This document shows positions 11,861 to 24,100 of a stretch of 64,000 bases of DNA, piece by piece. Below the pieces are notes generated by a model. The model was not told where the DNA came from, did not search any database, and saw only the letters and a program-made list of their open reading frames with translations. Origin of the DNA: Phallusia mammillata (taxonomy: Eukaryota); the NCBI GenBank assembly GCA_965637545.1, contig OZ281495.1:12524001-12588000 (forward strand), in the 5' to 3' direction. How positions within the stretch are numbered: position 1 is the stretch's first letter; the number at the start of each line of letters is the position of its first letter. The position numbers and the translations under genes were made by a program.

Positions 11861-14596
11861 ATGGATGGTGCAGTGCCTTCATGCACAGAAATTGATACAT
11901 TGTTTGATAAACTGGAAGACACCAAAGGCACGAGTCATGATGATGTGATGAAAAAGCTTCAGGCCATACGCTTATGGCAGTTAATGCAACAAGAAGAACT
12001 TAAGAAACAGCAGCAATCGCAACTCGCCTTGCTGAAAGGACAAGGAGAAGACACAAAAGAGGACTTGGATGCTATGTCTGATTCTAGCGATAATGATGAA
12101 CAGGAAGAACTTGAAGAGCCATCCGATAATGATATTGAAAGTGTTGATGAGGTTTTGGCTTTTCCATTAGATGATGCTTCTTGCGGGCAGTTGGAAACTA
12201 TTGCTGAGCAACCATCAGTTGTTGATATTTCAGATGCTGAAAGTGCTGACTGTGAGAAAGATGTTGCAAATTCTGTGATTTCTGATTCTGAGTTTTTGTC
12301 AGAAGTTGATGATCAAGAAAAATCAGATAACGAAGATGGAGAAAATAAAGTAGAAAATGAGGAAAGTGAGAAGAAGAATAGATTGCTTGTGGATGAAGAG
12401 GCACATGAGATCCCAAAGCAGAGTGATAGACAACTTTGCTTTGATGATGTTCCTGTTGCATGTGGAGGAAACAAAAAGACTTTTGAACAACTGTTGGCAG
12501 ATCAGTTAAAGTTAAACGATAACATTGATAAGACTGCAAAGAAAAATACTGCTTCTACACCAAAGCGCACATTTCTGAGAAGAGGACAAGGCATTGCTCG
12601 ATTTAAAGGACCGCCAATAAGAGCAAAAAAGAAAGCACCGGAAGCAACTCAAGCTTCATCTGCCACACAGGTTGCACCAACAGAGGCCAGTGTAAAACCA
12701 GTTACAAATACTATTCACCAAACTGAAAGGCCCCTATCAGATGCTATTCCTGTTCAGGAAAATAATGAGGAAAAAAAGCCAGTCACGAGAATACGAAAAA
12801 CTGCTAGAAAGAAGGAGCCAATAAAGGAATTGAAGCTAAAACCTCTAAGCCCAAAGCCTCATGTACATTTTCAAAACCCAATTTCTTCATTTCCAAATCC
12901 TGGTTTTGATTATGAAGAAAATTTGCTCGATGATCATGGGGAACAAGATATAAACGAAAATCTTGATGACACTTTGAAAGATGAAAATGCACTGTTACAA
13001 GAGTCAGTTTGGTCTGATGTTAATGATTCTGTTTTATCAATTAACACCACTGCAATTGGCAATTTAGGCCCAATTGACTTCGACAAAACATCCAATGAAA
13101 CTTTTGAACAAATGGAAAAGTTCTGCAATCAAAGATATGGTTCAGATTCTCCCATAAAAAAGGAAGAAAAAAATTCTCAAAATACACAGCCCCCTCAACC
13201 TAGCAAGTTAATGCAAAGTCTGTTTCCCTCTTTGGGTCATAAAACCGTAAATGTGCCAAAATCTATTGTACCACCAAAGGAAAACACTGCTGCCTCAAAC
13301 CCAGTGTCTACTAAGCAAGATGAGCAACCTAAAATCCTCAAAACTAAGTTGGAAGAAATGGAATGTGAAATAAAGAAATTCCAAGATGAAACATGTAAAC
13401 TCAGCTCAGTACGCAAGCAAGAGGAAGAACAGTTGCGTTTGTTGAAAAAAGAATTCGAGGAGTTTCAAAAACAGAAGGAGGATGAGCTACAACGGCTGGA
13501 TGACTTCAAAAAAATGGAAACCAAAAAATTGAAAAAAGAAAGAAAACTTTTTGAAGATCACATCACCGCCGTCAAGTCGTTGCCAAACAAAAAAGACCGT
13601 GAATATATTAGAGAGCTTGAGAAAAATATCTGTGAGCTTCAGGATGAGTTTAAAGTGAAGGAACAGCGCCTAACTGCTGCAAACAATCGATTACGAACCC
13701 AATTAGATACTGCAAATAAAGATAATGAACTGCTGAAGGAAAGGTTACATGCTGCTGAAGAGCAAATAGAAATATTTAAAAAAGGGGATGAAAAAAGGCG
13801 AAGTAAAAAATCAGGTGCTGTATGGAAAGCAATCAACAATATTGTTGATTCTACAACAATTGATGAAAATGAACCTACCACTGATATCTGTGTGCCAGAA
13901 ACCAAAACTCCTGTGATTACAAATGTGTTTCCAAAGCCTGTAATACAGAAAAAGCGGGAGCCACTTGTTGACAGAAATGACAACCATTTGTGCAAAAACC
14001 AAGAGGACATGCCAACTGAAGGTCGAAAGATTGAACGAAAATTGCAGGATGGTTCTCATGAAATATCCTACAGCAATGGTACCAAAAAGGTGGTTTCTGC
14101 TGATGGAACCAATACCAACGTACAATTTGCTAATGGAGATGTCAAGACAATTGGTGCTGATGGTTCTGTATCTTACATGTACAAATCGTCAGGTACCAAG
14201 CACACAACTCACACCAATGGCATGCAAGTGATTGAGTTTAGCAACAAGCAAATTGAAAGGCATTTTCCGGATGGCTCCAAGCATATATCATTTGCTGATG
14301 GATCCAGTAAAATGATGAAACTAAATGGTACTGAGGAAACCATTTTTCCAGATGGAACAGTTATGGTAGTCAAACCAAATGGTCACAAGACAATAGAGTT
14401 CAGTAATGGGCAGCGTGAGATTCACACGGCCGAGTATAAGCGCAGAGAATATCCTGAAGGTACATGTAAAACCGTGTACAGTGATGGCCGACAAGAAACA
14501 ATGTATGCCTCTGGCCGCTTACGCATTAAAGATGCCAATGGAGTACTAATCGTTGACAGAATGTTGGACAAAACTGCAGGAATTGTTGAAACTTGA
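11861..14596 (+). CDS. CENPJ: Centromere protein J / CPAP / SAS-4; single coding exon, 911 aa
   Basis: PN2-3 tubulin-binding-like DDVPV..KKTFEQLLADQL, KRTFLRRGQGIARF motif, central coiled coil, C-terminal TCP10/G-box repeats ending YASGRLRIKDANG. Confidence 0.95.
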   Translation: MDGAVPSCTEIDTLFDKLEDTKGTSHDDVMKKLQAIRLWQLMQQEELKKQQQSQLALLKGQGEDTKEDLDAMSDSSDNDEQEELEEPSDNDIESVDEVLAFPLDDASCGQLETIAEQPSVVDISDAESADCEKDVANSVISDSEFLSEVDDQEKSDNEDGENKVENEESEKKNRLLVDEEAHEIPKQSDRQLCFDDVPVACGGNKKTFEQLLADQLKLNDNIDKTAKKNTASTPKRTFLRRGQGIARFKGPPIRAKKKAPEATQASSATQVAPTEASVKPVTNTIHQTERPLSDAIPVQENNEEKKPVTRIRKTARKKEPIKELKLKPLSPKPHVHFQNPISSFPNPGFDYEENLLDDHGEQDINENLDDTLKDENALLQESVWSDVNDSVLSINTTAIGNLGPIDFDKTSNETFEQMEKFCNQRYGSDSPIKKEEKNSQNTQPPQPSKLMQSLFPSLGHKTVNVPKSIVPPKENTAASNPVSTKQDEQPKILKTKLEEMECEIKKFQDETCKLSSVRKQEEEQLRLLKKEFEEFQKQKEDELQRLDDFKKMETKKLKKERKLFEDHITAVKSLPNKKDREYIRELEKNICELQDEFKVKEQRLTAANNRLRTQLDTANKDNELLKERLHAAEEQIEIFKKGDEKRRSKKSGAVWKAINNIVDSTTIDENEPTTDICVPETKTPVITNVFPKPVIQKKREPLVDRNDNHLCKNQEDMPTEGRKIERKLQDGSHEISYSNGTKKVVSADGTNTNVQFANGDVKTIGADGSVSYMYKSSGTKHTTHTNGMQVIEFSNKQIERHFPDGSKHISFADGSSKMMKLNGTEETIFPDGTVMVVKPNGHKTIEFSNGQREIHTAEYKRREYPEGTCKTVYSDGRQETMYASGRLRIKDANGVLIVDRMLDKTAGIVET

Positions 14597-15176
14597 TTAC
14601 ACATGTATTGACCAACTTATTTTTTATTTGTTCACGTTTTTACCATGTAATTTCCAAGTTGTTGTTGCACTCATAACCTACTGTTTATTATTTTTTTCTG
14701 TGCTTTGTTTTGTCTGCCGTGCATATTAGATCTTTTCTAGCATGAAAAATTGCAAAACATTTGTATATGTTTTTATTGTATACAGCCCTTCTAAGTTTTT
14801 TGCAAGTGGAAAAAGTTATTTTGACAGTGTGAAAATGTTACTCATTTTAAAATTTGGTTTGCTGATTTTTTGTTTGGTCTGAAATCTAGAGGGCTGTGTC
14901 TGATTATTCTTAATGCGATTTTGTGTATACCGCTATATATTAATAGTAAATATAATGAAACTTGTGACAAAATAGTACATGACAAAAAAGAAAGCAAATT
15001 TCTCTTAGCAACTGTTAGAACAAAGCCTTACATTCAATTTCAAGTCATTGCTTTTTATGCACATTTGTGTTTTACAGTAAATCTGATTGTTTTTTGTGTG
15101 ATACGACTTTCTATTCCGTAAAGTTTATTATAATGTATGGGTGTTTTATAGGCAATTGGTAGGGCCATAGTTTGAT

Positions 15177-18100
15177 ATGTCGAGAAAAAAACATGAAATA
15201 TGCATTGATGAAGAAGTAAAAATTGGAATTCAACTGGCAGTGGAGAGATTTTGCAATAATGAATCTCAAAATGGTAAATCTTAAATCTAGTTTGTTTTAT
15301 TTATTTACAAATTTATTTTACATGCTGTTGTGTAGAAATTCAGTTTCCCTCGTCTTTTACAAGTGTGGAAAGAGCTTTCCTTCATCGAAAGGCAAATCAA
15401 CTTGGCCTTATCTCAAAAAGTGTTGGGTAAGTTTAATCTATGTCCTTGAACATTTACCAGATTGTTTTTATGATTTTGCAAACTATGCTACAGACTTTCT
15501 TAATGCCAAAATGATTCAATCATATGTCATTCAAAAAGGGAAAACCATTTGGATTATTAAAATGAAAGTATTATTATTATGAAGTGTTCTTTGTTTATTC
15601 TGCACCCTTGAAACTAAAAATGTAAAAGGATGGGCAAACTATGGCTTATGATCTCTGCACATTTCTTGAAAGGTGCCTGAAACCGACCACTATTGTCTTT
15701 TAAATAGGTTTAATTTTTCACAATTGTTTAGGAATAGGATATGAATTCTTCACTTCATCTTTTATTTTTCTTTCATAACCTTTGCAACTTTGTCGAAAAT
15801 TTGTGTATTTTGCAAGCCCAATAAAATTAAAGTATCCCTTGTGCTGAATTACCCTGTCTGAATTAACACAAACTAAAAATAGGATATGTAAAGATGCCAA
15901 ATATCTTTGTCAAATTGACTTTGAGGTTGAGGCTACTAATTGTTGAAGTTCTTACCAGTGACCCTTTTTATTTATGTTTTCAGTAAGGGTACAAATCGAT
16001 ACTTAACACTGAGAAAAAAGAAATCCGATGAGACTCTTGAATCTCCGATGATATTTCGGCTTGGACAAAACTCAAAACAAGTTTTGCAGGCACTACTTCA
16101 CAAGTAAGCACCATTGAAAAGCTGGCTGCATATCATATTTGGCTTATTTGCTGTATTTACTCACATATAAAACCCTGATGAAGACGACCTGTATAGGACG
16201 TCGAAACGTCGGAATAAAAATACATTTGCCAGAAGAGCTCTATAAACTTTTTATATGTAAAACATTATGCAGATGGCCAATGAAGCAAAAAGAAAAACTA
16301 GAAATTCAACCAAAACTAGATGGTCAACAACATCCTTGTGCAAGTAGTATTGGTAAGTTACATAAAAAACAAACAAATTATTGCGTGAAAATTAGAGTAG
16401 ATATTGTGTAAAGAGCACTGGCGTAGAGTACGGGGGTGCGGGGGTGCCGCGCACCCCCGGCCTTAACCTTTGTATAACGTCAAAATCGCATCTTTGTTCA
16501 GGTTAGATCGGTTAATTAAAACGTTTTTCCAGCTGAACAAATGCACTTGCATTCACGCCATTGATCGAACAGACGTCGGTTGAAACGTAACAATTGTAAT
16601 TGTTTCGTAATAAATGAGCATTTTAATGAAGCATAAACATGATTTATAGACTAACGTTTTAATATTATTTTTTTGTATTGTATTGTATTAATTTTGAAAC
16701 CGTGCGTGAAAATGGTACGTAAGAACACGAAAACACTACACTAGTGACACGGAATCGGGAAACAGCTGCAAAAACCTCACAGTTGAAAATACGCCAATGT
16801 CAAAATTTTTACAAAAAAGGACATAATATTGTCAGACGCAGCAGCCGCACCCTTAAAAAGACTACGTCATAAACAGTAACGAACGAAATTTAAAAATGAA
16901 TAAAAAACAAAACAAAAACACACAAATTTATTTACACTGTACAACATGAGTAAGAATTAAAACACAAAAGTTGTTCTAAATGAATTTGTCAGCACATTTT
17001 CTTGGGTCGGCACTCCTGTTCCTGTTGGTTTTGGATGCTCCTCTCACGAATAGCGAATTGTTTAACTTGGGAATGGAGATGAGGCTACTGAAAAAGAATA
17101 CTACAAGCAGCATTGTTTGTCCTTATCTGAGGCAACAAGAATTAACACTTTTAAACACTAAGTATGTAATAACAGAATGTGCCATGAAAGTGCACAGTGC
17201 CAAATCATGGTGCTGTTGGCTGCTGTTTTTCTAGTAGTAAATTTTTAGTTAGTTTTATAAACAATTTTTTTGATATAGGTACATCATTAAATTTCAAGTC
17301 ATTCCAGTATTTAGGGGCTGTATACTTTATGGACTGTTGTATAGTACTACTGCTGCAAAAAGGTAAAAGATAACCGGTCTTGGTTTGACGAGTAGACACC
17401 CCACTAATTAAGTTTTTATTTTTGAAAAAGTGTTCAAATGCTTTAGGTAATATATCATTTTGCCAACTATGCAAATACCTTGCACATTCCAGTTTAAACT
17501 GTTGTTCATTTGTTAATATTTTATTAGTTATCATGTTTTGTTCCAAATTTTTAAGATTGATTCCTAAACTCAAACACATTTTTCGCAATAACTCTCTGCA
17601 ATAAAAAATAAATATAAAAATAGTTAATAAATTGTTTCCTAAGCCGAGTTTAATGTCCTTTGGCAAAGTACTGCAACGGCCTAAACTTGATCCAAGGTGA
17701 CCTAAGTTTAGGCGTCAACAATACATAGTCGCCTATATTTAAAACGTGAATTGCTTTACTTTTATTCCCCGCCGCAACACTTTTCTTTAAAGTTAATCGT
17801 TGTTGAAATTGCTGATTCGGCAAATCGTCCTTTTGTTACATCAGACGATATCAGACGCACAGCAAACGTTCCAATCGAACCCACAGAAATTGCGACAAGT
17901 GACTATTTGCAAATTAATGTGACAGAAACTACATGCTAAAGCACGTAAAAGGTGTCGTTATTTGGTCTTATACGGGTACAGATACTGTACATGGTATAGG
18001 CATCGTATTTGGAATATCAAACGGCGCACCCCCGGTATTTTTTAAAACTCTACGCCTATGGTAAAGAGTATTATTGCCTAGTTTATTTTTAATCCTGCCT

Positions 18101-21100
18101 AATACTTACGTTATTATCTTGCATGTAAGCTATTTACCCCTCTGCTCATTTTCAAGGATGTCCATTCATTGTAAATAAGAGCCCTGGTTTAAAACCACTC
18201 TGTTTGGGTTTTCTAACTACCAGGTGTTTGTTTTTGTGTTTTAAGCTTATAGATCTGATGCAAACAAACCCAGTGGCCGGTTGCCAAATGGAATCCCCCA
18301 AGTTCCAATGAAAAGGTCTCCATCAGATCTTGATGCCTTTCGCAAGACTTTACCAGTTCACAATATGAAAGATGAAATAATCAAAACTATTTGGAACAAC
18401 TCTGTGGTGCTGATTTCTGGCGACACAGGGTCAGGCAAGACAACACAGGTAGGCAAAACATTTGACTAAATTTGGGGCTGAACAGCATAAAATATTTTTT
18501 GTTCACATAGATTCCCCAGTTCATTTTGGATGAAAGTCTTCGTCGCAATGAAGTTTGTCGAATTGTGTGCACCCAACCTAGACGAATATCTGCTGTGGCT
18601 ATGGCCGAGCGAGTTGCTATTGAACGAGGCGAATCTGTTGGACAGACAGTTGGATATCAGATACGACTTGAGAGCAGGTGAGGCCAGATCTTTTGTGTCA
18701 TTCCCTGTTGTATATAGTGCCAACATTTGTGATTAGAAAATACATTCTTCTAAGCCTTGTTTTCACGTAAGTCTAATCATTTACTAGTTGCTTAGACCTG
18801 GTGATGTTATGCTTTGTAATGACATTATGCCTGCCGAACATCCCTTCTTTCAACTACCATATGTACACACTTTAAACTTCATTATCTTTTATCGGTCTGC
18901 AGGTATTTTTGGCTTGTTGATTGGTGCTAATATTTTGCTGTAAAATTCCAAACAAAAACAGATCCAACACAAACTCTAAACACTTGTTGATTATGCAACT
19001 GGACAACTCAAATCTTTTTTGCAAAAAGTATGTTTTAAATGTGCATTCATCTCAGGTTTTATCCACTTCACCTAATCATCAAAACCTACCACATTTTGGC
19101 ATATTAAGTGAATATGACAGTTTTTTGTGTGTCTTGCAAAAGTTCTTTCAATCCCTGAAACACCACTTCTATAGCAGGAGACAGCGACAGTTTATTTTCA
19201 ATATGAATTGCATTGAAGACTTGAGATACATACATAAAACATAGCAAAAAACTCAAAACTCAGCACTATTGCAAATTATATACAGGACATTGAAAACAAT
19301 TTCTTTGCGTGGACACAAGTTTGTTTTGCCAAACTCTCAAATTTTGTGGTGATTGTAACCTGGGCTCATTCGAAACCAAGTTAGAAATAAATTGTCCTCT
19401 CTTGCCAAACATTGAAATTCGATTGTTATCTTCATCTGCGACTAAAACTACTTCCACGCTGTTTACTGTAATGGTGGCTATGCCAGCTGGATGCATAAGC
19501 TGCCCTGCTTTAGAGCCTGGAATAAAAAAGATTTTAAAATTGTATTTCCAAATTAAGTAACTTCAATAAAAAGCAAATTGCCAGCGACATAGAGTAAAAC
19601 GTATTCATTTTTATTAAAACAAACCCAAATTAAGTAATATTTACAAATACAGACACACTTTTCACACCTTTTTCTCCAAAAGAAAACTTAAATTTTCCAT
19701 TTCTTTCATAACATTTAATGTGGTTGTCTTCATGATCGGAAACCAGAATATCATCTGTGTTCGTTACGCAAAGAAATCTGAAAATGTAATGAAGAAGTTA
19801 AGCAAAAACATAGACTTTTTTGTATCACCAATTTACACTCATTATAATGTCAAAGAATTCTGGTGGCCAATGTTGCCCTAACCAAATGATCAGTTCCTAT
19901 TTTGTTTATAATTTCTATACACAGTTAAAAACTTATTTATAAAGTTTTAATTTGTTTTAATTTATTTTTTTACTTCCGATATTGCGAGTGCATCTATATT
20001 TACCTTGGATCTTCTAAACTTCCTCCACTGTCACCTGATCCCCCAAACTTCATTAACTTTGTTCCATCCGAGTCAAAAACAAAAATGTCGCATTTTCCAC
20101 GATCAAGAACAACAACATGACCTAACATTAAAGCAACAAAATAAACTGCATGATGATTCGTCTACTTTAAAATGTGTTTATCACTTACCTTGACTATTGG
20201 TAGCCAAACTACATGCTTTAATTAGATCTCCATGACCAAAAGTGTTCATAATCACTCCATCTGATGTAAATCGACCAATGAAGGTTTGGTACAAAATAAA
20301 CATGTACTTCTTTTCAAAGGCAACCACAGCCAAGGGCGGAACTTTGTCTAAAAATGTTAACAAATTTAATTATTTGTTGATTTGTGCCTAAAATAAGTTT
20401 AAAATTTGGAAAAACGATGTTCAATACCTGCTTTAATGTCAGACAACTTTGCTGTCCTTAGGTATTTTCTGTCTTTATTGAACACCACAAGCTGCCTTCC
20501 TTCACCATCCAGTACCACAATATTACCATCCACAAAAGCCACATCTGTAGGTGGCCCTTGAAACTCTCGCTTCACCCCAATTATTCCATTTAACGTAGCT
20601 TTCAACATAACTGGTGGCGGAGGCGCAGCCGATTTTCTCCGTGGCGATTTGCTTCTCAATACTGCATCATGTGACTGTGAGCGACGATGAGTAGGAACAG
20701 GACTCCCCGGCTGCTTCTGTGGACTCTTCAATTTGTTTGTTTGTATTTGTGGTGGCTCTGGAGCAGCTCTCTGTGGTACAGGGTGAACTACCATTCTTGG
20801 AATATATTCATTAGAGCCTAACTTGGTGGTCTCCTCTGGCAAAGGAATAGTCCCTTTTAATCTAGTCAATCGATAGCAGTCCGGCAACTTTGAAAGGTTC
20901 GGTTTCACTGTCACAACTGGTTTAGGTCGTTTTACCGGTCTTGGCAATGTAGCTGGGGCTGCTACACTTTGGCTGCGTTGTCTTGGTACAGGAACTGGTG
21001 TCCTAGTATGAGAAGGCTTTCTAGTTATTTTTGGGCGTGGTTTAATCAAGATGTCCTCTCTGGCGAATTGCTCCATATTGTTTTGAAAATTTGCATACAG

Positions 21101-24100
21101 ACTTTCTGCAACAGGTTGCTCTGTTTCAGTACTGTTAGTGGGTGGAGACTGAGGAACTTCTTCAATAGACTTGACTTGGTGCTCCTCAATTTCAGGTTCA
21201 GACTCGGGGGTTTCATCTTCAGTTTTTGTGTTTGTTGATTCCAAAATGCCCATGGCTTGTAAAACTGAGTCAGTTATTTCTCCAAAGGTAAACCTTAACA
21301 CAGTAAAGAATTTTTTTGTTTTTACATTGGAAAAGCAAATTTAGCGTGACATTTTTTGGGGAATTAAGTTGTTTACTTTTTAGGCATAATTATAGATTCG
21401 GCAACATTTGGTTTTAAAGTAGTATTTACCCCACCTTAGCAGTGGTTGATCTAGTTTACTGTGATTTTCTTGAAGTGATTTAAAACTGCCCTTTGACTCC
21501 TCCAAGTGGTGGGACATCTTCTTTCGTAGGTCAAGCAGTTCAAAAGGAATATCATCCTTAACATAGACAGACATGGTTAAAAATTAATTTTGAAAAGTTT
21601 TTATATGTTGTCTAAAGGTCTTACCTGTAGAACACATTGTGAAATTTTTGTAAGATTATTGTAGTCCGCTACATGTTGTTTCAGCTTTGCACTAGTTGTT
21701 TTGCAATGCTCAACTTTTGGGACGAAATTGTCAGAAATGTCTTCTAAATACATGTCTCGTTTCTGTAAACAGAAAATATCTAAATTTCATGTCAAAAAGT
21801 TAAAGGACAGCCAAACATTTAAATTCAAACAATGGCAGCCTAAGTTGTTTCTGAAATACAAACTTGAACTGGAATAAGAAACTACAGAATGCTTGGTTCA
21901 AAAGTTGCAAGTGTTACCTCTTTGATTCTGTTGATAAAGTACTGTGCTGCATCTTTCACTTCACGTTCTATTTCTTCTTGTTTGCTTTTCTCATTTTCTT
22001 CCATCAGCAGAAGTTCATCCAACATGATTTGTGAAGTCTGTACTTCACTTTCGATTTCATCTTGCATTTCATTTATCTGTTACATGACATAAAAAACATT
22101 TTTTTACAACACATTTTAAAAACAGGTGCTGCACAAGTTAAGACACCAAACTATTTTTTTTAATACAGTAAACCTCAGGTAATCTGGTTAAACCTGTTTG
22201 GACCAAAAAAGTGTCTGGATTAGCGAATTAGCCAATGTGGATCAGTTAAAGCCTTATCACATTACAGATCATTTGTATCTCAAGTTTATCAGAATTAGGC
22301 AAAGATCCAGATTAACTGAATCCAGTTTAACAAAGGTTTACTGTAGTGTTTTTTTTTTCATTGATTATAAAAATCTAAAAATGAAACTAAAATCTAAATT
22401 TAACTTTGATCAAAACCAAAGGTTTGTATCTATTTTTTTGCAGGGACTTTTGCAAAGGGGCAAATTATTTTCTACCTATCGTAGCAGACATAACTATGCC
22501 AATTTTTTTTTTAATTTTTGACATTAGTCAATACAACCTCTTGCTTAATGGTGTCCACCGCTGTTGTTGCTTTCGTTAAGTGGTGTCCCTGATGTGATTC
22601 TATCACACAGTCTCGACAAACCAGTTGGTCGCATTCTTTGCAGTGGTGATCCAACCTTGTCAGCTGTTTCACAGATTTATTACTTAGTCACAGGGCCATA
22701 TTGACAAATGCTATATTTTTTTATTCTTACACTGTGTGCTTTGCAACGACTCATTTCTTGAAAGTGGATTTTCTGTCTGTACTTTCCATTTTCTATTTCT
22801 TGCATACTAACAACCTGAATGATGTAGAAAAGGAGTTAGGACTTTAATGGTAACTTTGAATTCAGGTCTTGTAAACATGCAGTTTTTAGATGTGAATTTT
22901 CAATGAGCCGCATTTACCAAAACACATTTCATCTCAAAATATTTTTAACCAGTAATCTAATGCCAATATTAAATGAAATTGATATTTAGTAAATAAGATT
23001 ACTCTTTTTCATTTCAAATTAGATTATTCTTTTTTATTTCAAATTAGATTATTCTTTTTTATTTCAAATTAGATTATTTTATTTTTTCATTTCAAATTAG
23101 ATTACTCTTTTTAATTTAAAAGCACAAACAAGTGGAACAAATTTTTCCTGTGTAAATACATACTTCAAATTGATAAAAAAAACTTTTTTTAGACTAGCAT
23201 TGTCATAGTTTGTCAACAAGATTGTTCTTTTTTGTTGTAAATGTTACACAATATGAATTATGTGCTTAAGTTGGCCAAACTTTGCCATTGCATTTTTATT
23301 TCTTACCTCATGATCTTTAGTAAGCTTCGTTCTTGTGTGAAACGCAGCACAGTCAGCACATAAGTGATCGAGACAGTCAATGCACTGATATGTTGCCATG
23401 GTAACTTCGGCCTCCGGACAACTGTGACACATCTTGTAACTTTGGTCATCAATGACATCATCATTTTGTCGCACTTCTCTGCAATATTTTTGATGATTGA
23501 GTTGTATTGTGACCATTTTTGTGGTTCTATGTTTAAGACCGATTTGTATCATTTTGGCCATATATGTTGTAGAAAACGTGTTTTGGGCAGGTGTCTTACA
23601 TTTTTTTAGATTCAAGGTAAAAGTAACATAGGGGTGTTTGTTACAGTGATAGCATATCAACAAAAATAACACTTAAACTTAATATACATTGTACGCATGT
23701 CATTTACTATACTTATGGTGTATCACCAACATGTAACATAAAGTGATGCAACAAAACGAAAAAGAAAAAACTTTTAAAAAAGCTACTTTTGACATTATAC
23801 TTTACTCTTCCATAAAGCGTTGTATTTATCAATATATCTGTTTGAAACATTTGACATAAAGGATAAAAGAGCATCCCTGGCTGTACAAAACACCCTTGTG
23901 ACTCTTGTTAAAAAGTTATAAAACTGTTCAATCAATTGCCAAAATTAAAAATACTTATATGACAACAAATGCATTGTCTACCTATAATAAATATTTTTAA
24001 TTTGTTTTAATTGATTATACTTAATTATATTATGAACTCAATTATTTGGATTATGTCCTAAAAACATAATAGAAAATGTTACAATAAATTTGAAATTATA

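Noticed and set aside
12198-14604. Several antisense and alternate-frame ORFs over CENPJ
   Set aside because: Shadows of the real CDS with no recognisable motifs. The same applies to most 60-150 aa ORFs in the track, which are intronic or antisense to exons.
22996-23117. CRISPR-like repeat array
   Set aside because: Head-to-tail units without unique spacers in a eukaryotic intron; an ordinary minisatellite.
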